A stretch of DNA of 64,000 nt from a virus (IMGVR_UViG_3300033073_000753:3828-67827), one strand, 5' to 3'; positions 30,776 to 39,629 are shown, numbered from the stretch's first letter. A program made the numbers and translations. The notes: generated by a model from the letters alone, not told the origin.

Positions 30776-31441
30776 ATGAATGTTAAACTTCTCTCTTACA
30801 GCCAACCCACAGCAGAATTTGCAGATATGGGTATTACAGATGCACAGGAACTTATTGCGTATTGCGCCCGTGTGTCCAATCCTAGCAACCAGTTCAATAC
30901 AGAGACATCAGAAAAGCTTATACGCTATCTTATTAAACACGCACACTGGTCACCACTTGAAATGGTCAGTGCCTGTATTGAAATCACAACTACCCGAGAC
31001 ATTGCCCGTCAAATCTTGCGACACAGAAGTTTCTCCTTCCAAGAGTTCTCTCAACGCTATGCTGACCCAACGAAAGATCTCAACTTCGTTACAAGAGAAG
31101 CTAGACTTCAAGATCAAAAGAATAGACAGAACAGCGTCGAAGTCGATGATCAACTCTTACAAAATGAATGGTACCGTGCTCAACAACGAGTTATCTATGC
31201 CGCCCAGAGAGAATACGAATGGGCTATTGCTAACGGCATAGCTAAAGAGCAGGCTCGTGCGGTATTACCAGAAGGACTCATTGAAAGCCGATTGTACATG
31301 AACGGCACACTTCGTAGTTGGATTCACTTTATTGAATTGCGTAGTGCCAACGGTACACAAAAAGAACATCAGGAAGTTGCCAAGGCCTGTGCTGAAGTTA
31401 TTGCTACAGTATTTCCAATGGCAACAGAATTAGTCAGTTAA
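30776..31441 (+). CDS. thyX: Flavin-dependent thymidylate synthase
   Basis: RHRSFSFQEFSQRY ThyX motif; HWSPLEM; TQKEH. Confidence 0.95.
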   Translation: MNVKLLSYSQPTAEFADMGITDAQELIAYCARVSNPSNQFNTETSEKLIRYLIKHAHWSPLEMVSACIEITTTRDIARQILRHRSFSFQEFSQRYADPTKDLNFVTREARLQDQKNRQNSVEVDDQLLQNEWYRAQQRVIYAAQREYEWAIANGIAKEQARAVLPEGLIESRLYMNGTLRSWIHFIELRSANGTQKEHQEVAKACAEVIATVFPMATELVS

Positions 31442-32503
31442 TTCTTTAGTGGCAGTTAATGAACCATCTTCGTTCTGCCATAAAAAACCCCAAGCATTGT
31501 TGTAACGAGTAATACTTGGCAGACTTGGCCATTTGGTCTTGTACTTGAAGTATTTTTCATTTGCCCAAATATCATTAATCAGTAACTTAGCAGGAAGTTT
31601 ATATGTGTTCCAGCGATCGCCAACTTTTGCTTCTTTGGTATACAACGCCCATTGCTGATATTGTTCGCTATCAAAGAAATTGATAACATTGGCGGCCATG
31701 TACTCTGCTTGCTGTGCTGTAGGAGCATGTAAACTCATTCTGTATTTTACGGCTTGCCATTTCATTGCAAAGTTTAGCCACCACAGGAAGTCGTGATTAG
31801 TTTCAATAGGAACTGGCGATGCGTTTGCAATATCAGTTAACATTTGTCTGCGCTCATCAACAAAGTTATCTGCTTTCTTTAGTAGCCAAGGTAAGCTTTC
31901 TGTCATCCAGTTTCCATGGATAGCATTATAATTTCCTGTTGTATCCATATAACTTTTTAAGGTTAAGCTACCAAATAAGTTATCTGCACATTCTCCTGTA
32001 ATGCATACATTTCTAGTATCTGACACTATATCATAAAACTGATTACTAGGTAATAACTTTGTGCCAAAGTTTGGTAAAATTACTTCTCTAAAAAATTCTG
32101 GATTTTCAACTTGACTATCTTCGTTGATTGCTAGCCAGGTCACTTTCTTTAATTCGTTCCAATCTGGGTGGCTAATAAGCAACGATACTATTAATGTACT
32201 ATCAATGCCACCGCTATAAAGTACCACAAGTTTTTCTTTGCCTGACTTATTAAACTGTGCTATACAGTCATCAATCCTTGAATAGCTAGCACCCATGAAA
32301 GAAGGAACAATACTAGGCTTTGCTGGGATTGGGCTGTTGTTAAACACTTCAAACTTACCTGGAATGTTTAATGTTCCTGTGCGATCACTTAGGCTAATCC
32401 AAGGATTGAACATGTTGACAAACTCGCGAGCAATAGGGTCTGCACTAGACATAGCAGGACTACGATAAATTCTATGCGGAATATAATATAATAATTTTCT
32501 CAT
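31430..32503 (-). CDS. PP-loop (AsnB C-terminal-like) enzyme 2
   Basis: VVLYSGGIDST, ITGECADNLFG, DFLWWLNF..KWQ, FFDSEQYQQW, YK.PAK.LI; no glutaminase domain. Confidence 0.7.
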   Translation of the reverse strand: MRKLLYYIPHRIYRSPAMSSADPIAREFVNMFNPWISLSDRTGTLNIPGKFEVFNNSPIPAKPSIVPSFMGASYSRIDDCIAQFNKSGKEKLVVLYSGGIDSTLIVSLLISHPDWNELKKVTWLAINEDSQVENPEFFREVILPNFGTKLLPSNQFYDIVSDTRNVCITGECADNLFGSLTLKSYMDTTGNYNAIHGNWMTESLPWLLKKADNFVDERRQMLTDIANASPVPIETNHDFLWWLNFAMKWQAVKYRMSLHAPTAQQAEYMAANVINFFDSEQYQQWALYTKEAKVGDRWNTYKLPAKLLINDIWANEKYFKYKTKWPSLPSITRYNNAWGFLWQNEDGSLTATKELTD

Positions 32504-32504
32504 G

Positions 32505-33125
32505 TTACATCATCATTGATAAAAATGCATCTTCATCCATTGCGGCTCTAATGCGATTACAATCTTCTCTTGTTGTTGCCAGTCGTATTGCATTTTGATG
32601 TCTGATACGAAGTCTTTCTAGTTTACGAATTAAAAATTTTCTGTTTTGATACTTGTTTACAATAAGTCCTGCGGATACATTAATATCGAAACCTGATTCA
32701 TCTGAGTAGTCTTCCACCATCCCGGTATTGTCAGATTGGCCATTTAAAACCGATACTGCCTGTTTATATTTTTCTTCGTACGCTTCTTCTTGCCAAGGTA
32801 TAACAGATTCAAATCGTTTGAAGCCATGCGATAATCTAGTATGCAATTCTTTCATCAAACCAACTTTTGTCTGTAGTAATTGACTTAATGCTTTTAAGTC
32901 TAGCTCTTTACGATGTGGAATAAGAGTAGTATTTCGTGGACCATTAAATTGCAATCTAAAGTCAAGATTGTTTTGACGAAGCTGTTGAGCCTGCAAGTCT
33001 TCAACACCGTATACTCTGCAAATTGCCCTAAACTCGTTCCCACATGCACTTTCAAGGACTGCTAAACTTTCGCTCCAGGCAAGCACTTCGTTTTCAGCAG
33101 TAGCGGCAATTGCCAACCATTCCAT
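32505..33125 (-). CDS. Protein with tail-fibre-chaperone-like helical C-terminal half
   Basis: QEEAYEEKYKQA...DYSDESG...AGLIVNKY...KLERLR...AIRLATTRE matches a pattern seen in fibre-assembly proteins; stop lies 1 nt from the PP-loop 2 start. Confidence 0.4.
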   Translation of the reverse strand: MEWLAIAATAENEVLAWSESLAVLESACGNEFRAICRVYGVEDLQAQQLRQNNLDFRLQFNGPRNTTLIPHRKELDLKALSQLLQTKVGLMKELHTRLSHGFKRFESVIPWQEEAYEEKYKQAVSVLNGQSDNTGMVEDYSDESGFDINVSAGLIVNKYQNRKFLIRKLERLRIRHQNAIRLATTREDCNRIRAAMDEDAFLSMMM

Positions 33126-33170
33126 AACACATCTCCTTATACAGTATGTATGTGTAGATGTATACGCTTG

Positions 33171-33701
33171 TTAGCCAATAGGAATATCTTTTTTGAACCT
33201 GACACTTAACATTAGTCTTGGTTCGTCACTTTGATTTTCTATGTGATGTGGAATATCAATTTTAACTATTGTTGGTTTGTTAATAATCTTATGTTCAGCA
33301 ATAGTAGGTTCTTCTTCCCAATTTATTTTTAAGTACTTGATAGTGTTGTGTGGACTTTCGGTTAAGTTAAACTTACCATCATACCATGTCATTGGGCCAT
33401 TATCACAATTCAGAATTGGAACATTAAGAGCAGTATTGCTAGAATTAATACGCTCGACGCTAAATCCATCTACATGCAAGTCTTGTAAAAATCTGGGCTC
33501 GTTTATAAACATGATTGCTGTTTTGATTTGTACATCAAGGCCAAGTTCCTGTTTTATGTCGCGGCTTAAAAGTGATCCAATAAAAAATAAATCGCCGCCT
33601 GTAAAGGTTTGCGATGTTGTAAATTTACCATGCCACTTTTTACGGCAAAATTCCTGTATCAATGGCCAACTTGGTAGATTGATTTCTTTGTAAAATTCCA
33701 T
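33171..33701 (-). CDS. 2OG-Fe(II) oxygenase-like (DSBH) protein
   Basis: LHVDG (HxD), ALNVPI, IDIPHHIEN...RLMLSVRF. Confidence 0.6.
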   Translation of the reverse strand: MEFYKEINLPSWPLIQEFCRKKWHGKFTTSQTFTGGDLFFIGSLLSRDIKQELGLDVQIKTAIMFINEPRFLQDLHVDGFSVERINSSNTALNVPILNCDNGPMTWYDGKFNLTESPHNTIKYLKINWEEEPTIAEHKIINKPTIVKIDIPHHIENQSDEPRLMLSVRFKKDIPIG

Positions 33702-33706
33702 TATAA

Positions 33707-33746
33707 TATTTATTGTATAAATCTATCAATGTTTAACGAATAAGTA
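33707..33746. promoter_or_regulatory. Back-to-back late-promoter cores: TAAATA (-, 33707-33712) and TAAGTA (+, 33741-33746)
   Basis: Each sits 4-5 nt before an ATG (33701 on -, 33751 on +). Confidence 0.45.
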
Positions 33747-33747
33747 C

Positions 33748-34185
33748 ATGATGTCATATATTATTGCATTTTTATGTTGGACCTTATGCCTATACTGGAT
33801 ACATCGAATTGGGCACAAAACACCCTGGGTAAAATCGGCGCACCACGACCATCATCGTTATATTAATCTGCACGGCAAAGCACAATGGCATTGGAATAAC
33901 TTATTCTTATTCAACGACACTTGGACAAGTACACTAGATCTTTGGATTACCGAAGTTATTCCGACAATACTGTTTAGTTGGGCCACTGGACACTGGTGGC
34001 TGTGTGCGTTCTATTATCTATGGGCGGCACTAATACAAGAAGTTATTGAACATAATCCAAAAATAAACCTTCCGATATTAACTAGCGGAAGGTGGCACCT
34101 TATACATCATCGAAGTCCGGAAAAGAACTTTGGTCTGTTTATCCCAATTTGGGATTTATGTTTCGGTACTTACAAGAAGGTTTGA
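33748..34185 (+). CDS. Fatty-acid hydroxylase / sterol desaturase family protein (short)
   Basis: YWIHRIGH, HHDHH, HLIHH, NFG.F...WDLCFGT. True start may be the second ATG at 33751. Confidence 0.8.
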   Translation: MMSYIIAFLCWTLCLYWIHRIGHKTPWVKSAHHDHHRYINLHGKAQWHWNNLFLFNDTWTSTLDLWITEVIPTILFSWATGHWWLCAFYYLWAALIQEVIEHNPKINLPILTSGRWHLIHHRSPEKNFGLFIPIWDLCFGTYKKV

Positions 34186-34950
34186 TTCTGCCTTTTTCCT
34201 TTGAAAGGGCATGTTAAAACTTACATCTTTCATAGGAATGTATTTGCGAACATTGCCACTTGATCTAGACCATTCGTAAAAACATTTAAAGAAACCTTTA
34301 TTGTTTTCATTCTTATCGGCAAGTAGTGTTGGCCAAATGTCAGCCCAGTGTCTACCAATTAACTGATTACCACGGCCGCCTGTTAACCACACCAATGGCT
34401 GGAACTTGATACCAACTAACTTACCTTCTTCGTTGAAGAAGATTTGTGCTGGCCCGTTGATATATCCAATATGCTCAAGCGCATTAAAAGATCTATCTAC
34501 TAGACTATCCCATTCTTCAAGTGATGTAGGATTTAACAATGTCCATTGATAATTGCTAATGTCGACATCCCATCCGCTGATAGTAACATAGCGACCGTAA
34601 AAACCAAATACTTCAACAATCCTGACATTGTAAGTAGGTTCGCCTAGTAAGAAAGAATCAATGCGAGCTTGCGATAGGCTTTTGTCATTGGCAAACAAAA
34701 TCCTATCAGCAGAATTTAATTTTTCTAAATAATCAAATCCTAAGGCATCATTGCTAATAGCAGAAACAAAGTTTACATCTTCTGGTAAAGTGTCGGGCGT
34801 AAAAACTTTGTAAAACGGTCTTTGCTCGTCAGTCAGAAAGTCTCTATTTTGGTTGGTATTAACAACATAGCAATCAACTAGTTCAGGATTTACATTCTGA
34901 TAAAAGTTTGCTAGTTCGCCCCTAGGATTAATTAATAAAAAATTATTCAT
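34156..34950 (-). CDS. Degenerate ATP-grasp-like protein
   Basis: NDKSLSQ..., VEVFGFYGRYVTI, ALEHIGYINGPAQIFF...GKLVGIKF resembles the ATP-grasp C-terminus (LG..nGP.H.E), but the metal-binding E/ExN residues appear lost. Confidence 0.35.
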   Translation of the reverse strand: MNNFLLINPRGELANFYQNVNPELVDCYVVNTNQNRDFLTDEQRPFYKVFTPDTLPEDVNFVSAISNDALGFDYLEKLNSADRILFANDKSLSQARIDSFLLGEPTYNVRIVEVFGFYGRYVTISGWDVDISNYQWTLLNPTSLEEWDSLVDRSFNALEHIGYINGPAQIFFNEEGKLVGIKFQPLVWLTGGRGNQLIGRHWADIWPTLLADKNENNKGFFKCFYEWSRSSGNVRKYIPMKDVSFNMPFQRKKAESNLLVSTET

Positions 34951-34951
34951 A

Positions 34952-35254
34952 TTACTCTTGATTAAAATGTGTTGCTAATAATGCACCAACGAATCTTGTA
35001 ACTCTGGACTTGATCAGCTCACTGTTCATCATTACTTCGAAGTCAACAATACGATCTAAATATTGTTCAAGCTGTTTAATACCTAACACTTCTTTGCTGG
35101 TTTTGATATCGCTTAGATCTGATTGCTTAAAAACTAACTCAGTTCCATCATCTAAGTAAACCTTAATCCAGTCTATGTATTCAACAGGAACTTCTTCTAC
35201 ATGTATTTCTCTTAACATGTTTTCAAAGCTCCTGTCCTTTTTACGAATACTCAT
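34952..35254 (-). CDS. Hypothetical protein
   Basis: GGAG SD before ATG 35254 (MSIRKK); HVEEVPVEYI motif. Confidence 0.55.
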   Translation of the reverse strand: MSIRKKDRSFENMLREIHVEEVPVEYIDWIKVYLDDGTELVFKQSDLSDIKTSKEVLGIKQLEQYLDRIVDFEVMMNSELIKSRVTRFVGALLATHFNQE

Positions 35255-35297
35255 TCTCTGCTCCAAAAAGATTTAATACGACCAAGCAGAGTAGGTT

Positions 35298-35912
35298 TTA
35301 TACTGCTTGAACTTTGGCTGGTCGTCCGCGGCCTCGTTTTACTGGCGCTTCTGTATTTACGACCTGCGCTACCATTCCTTTTGGGTCAAGTTTCTCTGCC
35401 TCCTCTAACAAACGACGAGCTTCTGCCTGGAATGTCATTGCTTGTGAGCGGAACTTGGATGCCAATGCCGCATCATCTAATACTCCAGGGGGACTAGATG
35501 GACTACTTGCATTGTTGGCGATATCACTAGACCTTGTGCCTGTTGCCGCATCAGCTCGTTGAATTTGTTTGATTTCTCTATTCAAATCAACTAAGTTAAT
35601 TTCAACACCTGGCTTAGGTGTCATCATGATACTCTTAGTAGGAACCTTGATCATCCATCCTTTTTGATGGATTGTGTTTAGCATGTTAGTACCATCATGG
35701 AATACTTGCCTAAACAAAAATTCACTTGGGTCGGCACTATCTTGAGCACTTACTGATTCAATTGCCTTGATTAAATCATCATGAAATAGGTCAGGTAGGT
35801 TTCCTGTAGGAATAACCAATGCTGATTCTGGATCGCCAGGAACTTCTCTAAAGACCACTACGACCTTAGAATCCTTTCCTACCCTGCCAATGTGTTTAAT
35901 AAATTTTGCCAT
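35298..35912 (-). CDS. Hypothetical protein
   Basis: 204 aa, AGGAG SD; KHIGR...VVVFREVPGD; basic RGRGRP AT-hook-like tail. Confidence 0.6.
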   Translation of the reverse strand: MAKFIKHIGRVGKDSKVVVVFREVPGDPESALVIPTGNLPDLFHDDLIKAIESVSAQDSADPSEFLFRQVFHDGTNMLNTIHQKGWMIKVPTKSIMMTPKPGVEINLVDLNREIKQIQRADAATGTRSSDIANNASSPSSPPGVLDDAALASKFRSQAMTFQAEARRLLEEAEKLDPKGMVAQVVNTEAPVKRGRGRPAKVQAV

Positions 35913-35930
35913 GGTGGCAACTCCTTTCGA

Positions 35931-36182
35931 TTATTCTGCTGATTCAGCAGTTTCGGTAACTTCTGTACCTTCAGCTGGAGCTTCAGGTTGTGCTGGTGCG
36001 TTTGCCGCTAAGAATGTTGCAAGTTTATTGTATGTTGCGCCAACAACTTCCATTTCGCCTGCACGATAGGCACCACGCTGTGCGCCCAATTCAACTGCAC
36101 CTGCTAACACACGCAAATCTTGCAATGTTAAACCGATTGGTGCTTGTGCTTGTTCTTGAGCTTGTTGTTCTTGTTGTTCCAT
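35931..36182 (-). CDS. Small acidic hypothetical protein
   Basis: GGAG SD; LTLQDL...RGAYRAGE...VG..YNKL..FL core; TATAAGTA late-type core at 36222-36229. Confidence 0.6.
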   Translation of the reverse strand: MEQQEQQAQEQAQAPIGLTLQDLRVLAGAVELGAQRGAYRAGEMEVVGATYNKLATFLAANAPAQPEAPAEGTEVTETAESAE

Positions 36183-36254
36183 TTAAATCTCCTAGGTTAT
36201 AGAACGGAATTCTTCCAAAGATACTTATAGCACCTATACACCGAATGTATAACC

Positions 36255-36279
36255 AAAAAAAAGTGCCCCGAAGGGCACT
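36255..36279 (-). terminator. Rho-independent terminator with C(UUCG)G tetraloop
   Basis: Minus strand AGUGCCC-UUCG-GGGCACU followed by a U-run, just downstream of the VWA gene. Confidence 0.9.
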
Positions 36280-36301
36280 AAAGGAGCAACGGCTACTGCA
36301 A

Positions 36302-37519
36302 TTAATTACGCTTACGACTTGGAGGCACATAGTTAGCAGTAATGCCAAACGGTGCTGTAATAGTATTGCTACCATGTACAACAAACAGCGTATCGCAATA
36401 GTCTGGGTCGCCCCAGCTACCAAACGGATAGCCGTCCGTAAACATTACAAGCTGATGCGGTTGGACTTCATTATCTTTCATCCATTGCCATACACAATCA
36501 AAGTCTGTACCGCCACCACCGGCAATAGCATACTCTGCCATGCTTCGACCATCATCGCCAGTAAAGGTGTCTTCATTGTAAACATCGGTATCAAAAGTAA
36601 CTACTCGCACCTTATAAGATGTAAACTGATCCAGCGCACCTTGCACCATACCCAAAAAGTCCATAAGCATACCTTCGTCAATGGAACCAGATGCGTCTAG
36701 TGCAACAACAATGTCTAGTTCTTCACCAGGCAACTGCCCTGGAAGTACAGCACCAGTATGCCAGGCCTTGCGGTTAGGACGCATCCAGGTATAGTCGCTT
36801 TTGACACTTCCGCTAAATTGAATACGCAACAGATCACGAAGATCCATTACCGGGGCAGTAATGTCTTTAACAAGACGCTGAATAGCACCTGGGGTATTGC
36901 CTGCACCTGCATTTTTGGCGGCCTGGATTACAGCTTCGCGCCACTCATCACGCAGAGCTTTTTGTTCTTCCTCTGACAACTTTTTAAATTTAGGCTTACC
37001 TTTGCCATCTTTGTCAGTAGGGTTGCCATCACTGTCGCTTTCGTCGCCTTCGCCATCACCTTCCATATCCAAGTGATCGTCAAGTGTCAATTGAATCTTA
37101 ACAGCATTCTTCATCAACTCGTCATATACTTCATCAGCAGTTTTGCCTTCGTACTTACGATCTGCCAAGATAGGTACGGTGGTGATTGCAGTACCAACGC
37201 TTTCGCGGATAAGCATGTTATTGATAACATAGTCACCTGCCATGTTCCATACTTGCGGATCACGACTGCCACGGCGAGTCATGTGATCAAAAATAATGTG
37301 ACCTAGCTCGTGCCCAAATCCAAAGATCATTTCACCGTCGGACAGTTTACTGACAAAGTCTGCATTGTAATAAAATGTACGACCATCTGTTGCAATAGTC
37401 TTGCACCATTCGACTTCTTCTAGTTTAAGACGAGCCGCCAACGGACCCCAAAAGGGATACTTGAGCAACATTGCAACACGGCTCTTAACTAGTTTATCAC
37501 GGGCATTAAGTCTGGACAT
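36302..37519 (-). CDS. DUF2201-type metallopeptidase + VWA domain protein
   Basis: TIATDG..FYYN, HELGH (HExxH); C-terminal ALDASGSI (MIDAS DxSxS), FDT, GGGGTDF, FTDG. Confidence 0.85.
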   Translation of the reverse strand: MSRLNARDKLVKSRVAMLLKYPFWGPLAARLKLEEVEWCKTIATDGRTFYYNADFVSKLSDGEMIFGFGHELGHIIFDHMTRRGSRDPQVWNMAGDYVINNMLIRESVGTAITTVPILADRKYEGKTADEVYDELMKNAVKIQLTLDDHLDMEGDGEGDESDSDGNPTDKDGKGKPKFKKLSEEEQKALRDEWREAVIQAAKNAGAGNTPGAIQRLVKDITAPVMDLRDLLRIQFSGSVKSDYTWMRPNRKAWHTGAVLPGQLPGEELDIVVALDASGSIDEGMLMDFLGMVQGALDQFTSYKVRVVTFDTDVYNEDTFTGDDGRSMAEYAIAGGGGTDFDCVWQWMKDNEVQPHQLVMFTDGYPFGSWGDPDYCDTLFVVHGSNTITAPFGITANYVPPSRKRN

Positions 37520-37547
37520 TAGGTGGCTCCTATTTGTTTATATGTAT

Positions 37548-37576
37548 ATTATACTACGATTCTGGGTCAATGTCAA
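37548..37576 (-). promoter_or_regulatory. Consensus sigma70 promoter for the VWA gene
   Basis: TTGACA (37571-37576)-17 bp-TATAAT (37548-37553); AGGAG SD. Confidence 0.9.
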
Positions 37577-37913
37577 TGGGTTTTTCTGTTGTTTTTTGAC
37601 TACAGGTTAAGTCCCAAATCATTGCTACTTGGGGGTCTCTGAACCAAATTTTTTGCTTAGGTATAAAATCCCAATCCAATCTCTTTAGACCTTGCGATCT
37701 GGCCCATGTGGTAACTTCGTTGACTGTTGTGGCTTTTGAAAGGGTACGGACGGACCAGCTATTCCTCTGTTTGCGGAGCCACTCGCTAACATCAGATGGG
37801 GTTGGTGGCTGGTCCGTCCATATGGCTCGAGCATCTGATCCGTAAAGCATTTCTGCTACGGACCAGTTTCGAAGCCTTGCTGTCAAATTACTCGTCTGTG
37901 AGTAAGTTGGCAT
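37554..37913 (-). CDS. Hypothetical protein (distant member of the small C-terminal F..D...F.L.W family)
   Basis: 119 aa between MoxR and VWA genes; IWFRDPQVAMIWDLTC. Confidence 0.45.
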   Translation of the reverse strand: MPTYSQTSNLTARLRNWSVAEMLYGSDARAIWTDQPPTPSDVSEWLRKQRNSWSVRTLSKATTVNEVTTWARSQGLKRLDWDFIPKQKIWFRDPQVAMIWDLTCSQKTTEKPIDIDPES

Positions 37914-38988
37914 AACGCTTGAAGAACTCTGGGAAGTTAGTCATCTTCTTGCGATCAAAGACAACCTTGTAGTTCTTCAGAACTGTATGGGCACCCATGA
38001 TAACCATTTCAGGTTCAAAGTTCGCCATCATAAAACCAAGCCAGTTATCTGCACTCTTGTTGAAGTCGTCAAGCTTACCAGCTCTCTTACCATCTTCGTA
38101 ACGAGTACGAAGTTCGTAGCACAAGGAGGTAACCAGCGCATAAGCGGCAGACACTTCCTTAGACTTGAAAGTGGTAACTTTACCTGACAGTACATCTGCA
38201 GGGTCGGGCAAGTCTGCGGCATGTTTACGATGCGACATAAACTTAATAGCCATACCCTCGCCAACCAGGCCAGCAACCATGTCAGTGTTAGCAGAGTCAG
38301 GCATGTCATCATCAAGCATATCGCTTACAAACGACCAGGTACGAGGAGTAGCAAATGCACGATCGTGTTGTGTAGGATCAAAATTGTACAAGTCACCTTT
38401 GAACTGCTTCAAGAAACCAACAACATGCGGGTGGACTTGATTCATAATAGCCCATTGTTCCCAGTCTTCAAAGTCCACACGGATTTCCAAGTGCATGAAA
38501 CGGTTAGCCAGTGGGCTAGGCATACGATATGTAACACCCTTATCACCCATTCGGTTACCTGCGGCAATTAGTACAACATTGTCAGGCAGGGTATACTGAC
38601 CAACCTTGCGGTTAAGAATAAGTTGATAAGCCGCGGCCTGAACAGCAGGAGGAGCAGAGTTCAATTCGTCAAGGAAAAGGAACACGATATCGTGTTGTGC
38701 GGCAAACTCTGCTGAAGGCAATTCTGAAGGGGTAGCCCACTTCATAGTGTTGTCACCTTGACTGTAGTAAGGGACACCTTTAATGTCTGTTGGGTCCATA
38801 AGGGCCATACGCAAGTCGACTACAGTAGAGTTAGGAAACTCTTCTGCAACTTGGTTAACCATGTCGGACTTACCGACACCGGGAGGACCCCAGACAAATA
38901 CCGGACGGCGTTTTGCAACGGCACGGCGAAGAATTGGTTTGCACTCGCTAATTTTTACGGTGCGGGTTTCTACTGTACTATTACCCAT
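37888..38988 (-). CDS. MoxR-family AAA+ ATPase
   Basis: Walker A GPPGVGKS, Walker B LFLDE, AAGNR, SPLANRF, TPRTW. Confidence 0.9.
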   Translation of the reverse strand: MGNSTVETRTVKISECKPILRRAVAKRRPVFVWGPPGVGKSDMVNQVAEEFPNSTVVDLRMALMDPTDIKGVPYYSQGDNTMKWATPSELPSAEFAAQHDIVFLFLDELNSAPPAVQAAAYQLILNRKVGQYTLPDNVVLIAAGNRMGDKGVTYRMPSPLANRFMHLEIRVDFEDWEQWAIMNQVHPHVVGFLKQFKGDLYNFDPTQHDRAFATPRTWSFVSDMLDDDMPDSANTDMVAGLVGEGMAIKFMSHRKHAADLPDPADVLSGKVTTFKSKEVSAAYALVTSLCYELRTRYEDGKRAGKLDDFNKSADNWLGFMMANFEPEMVIMGAHTVLKNYKVVFDRKKMTNFPEFFKRYANLLTDE

Positions 38989-39024
38989 GGTGGCTCCTAC
39001 TAAGGGTTGGTTGATAATGTAATA

Positions 39025-39053
39025 ATTGTAGCAAAAGTAGGGGTTGTTGTCAA
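39025..39053 (-). promoter_or_regulatory. sigma70 promoter for MoxR ATPase
   Basis: TTGACA (39048-39053)-17 bp-TACAAT (39025-39030). Confidence 0.85.
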
Positions 39054-39066
39054 CCCCTATCTTTCC

Positions 39067-39342
39067 TTAGGCAACTGCCTGTACAGCGTCAGCGGGCTTA
39101 ACTTGTGCAATATATTCAGAAGCATCAATCTGCTCCTTAGTCATTGCCTCAGGAAGTTCCACAAACTTAACATCAGTACAACCTGCACGAACGAGAGTGC
39201 GAGTACGGCGCTTGTCGTTAGTATAACGAACTGCACCTTTACCGTTCTTGGAAACAGCATAACCTACGAAAGTAAAAGTTTCGCCAGTGGCAACTGCCTC
39301 AACGGCGGCTTCAATGGCTTGTTTAGACACTTGCTTAGACAT
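39067..39342 (-). CDS. Small hypothetical early protein
   Basis: AGGAG SD; VRYTND..R...L...G.TDVKFVELPEAMTKEQ. Confidence 0.6.
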   Translation of the reverse strand: MSKQVSKQAIEAAVEAVATGETFTFVGYAVSKNGKGAVRYTNDKRRTRTLVRAGCTDVKFVELPEAMTKEQIDASEYIAQVKPADAVQAVA

Positions 39343-39400
39343 AAAAATACTCCTGTGTGTGTATTAAAGATTTATTGCAGAACCATTCCGCAATAGTGTT

Positions 39401-39429
39401 ACTATACTATAGACCCAGATCCTTGTCAA
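39401..39429 (-). promoter_or_regulatory. sigma70 promoter
   Basis: TTGACA (39424-39429)-17 bp-TATAGT (39401-39406). Confidence 0.8.
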
Positions 39430-39571
39430 CCTCTTTCTGATTCTTAGGCTTACGCTTATAGGCCATACGGTTGCGCTCAACCTTACCTTTAAAAGGCGAG
39501 TTGGCATCGTAAAGCTCTACAGCTCTGCGCTTAGGACGCTCAAAGTTAACAATGATTGTGGATCGTTTCAT
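39407..39571 (-). CDS. Small basic hypothetical protein, probably leaderless
   Basis: MKRSTII... start at 39571 lies 9 nt after a TATAAT; K/R-rich. Confidence 0.55.
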   Translation of the reverse strand: MKRSTIIVNFERPKRRAVELYDANSPFKGKVERNRMAYKRKPKNQKEVDKDLGL

Positions 39572-39580
39572 AGTGTTAGT

Positions 39581-39609
39581 ATTATACCGCAAACAGAGCC
39601 AAGAGTCAA
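39581..39609 (-). promoter_or_regulatory. sigma70 promoter
   Basis: TTGACT (39604-39609)-17 bp-TATAAT (39581-39586). Confidence 0.85.
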
Positions 39610-39629
39610 CCTGTTTTTGGGCTAAAAAG

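Noticed and set aside
28291-32503. Calling the SGG(L/I)DS proteins QueC
   Set aside because: They lack the QueC C-terminal Cys-rich zinc motif, are longer, resemble AsnB C-terminal domains and lie 12 kb or more from the que genes. A role in amidating CDG is not excluded but is unsupported.
27651-34950. Lasso peptide or graspetide RiPP cluster
   Set aside because: No transglutaminase-like B protease, RRE or short precursor ORF was visible, and the ATP-grasp-like protein looks degenerate.
36245-36700. 151-aa + strand ORF and similar overlapping ORFs (e.g. 33277-33693, 24028-24696, 30780-31241)
   Set aside because: Antisense or off-frame shadows of well-supported genes; no motifs or expression signals.
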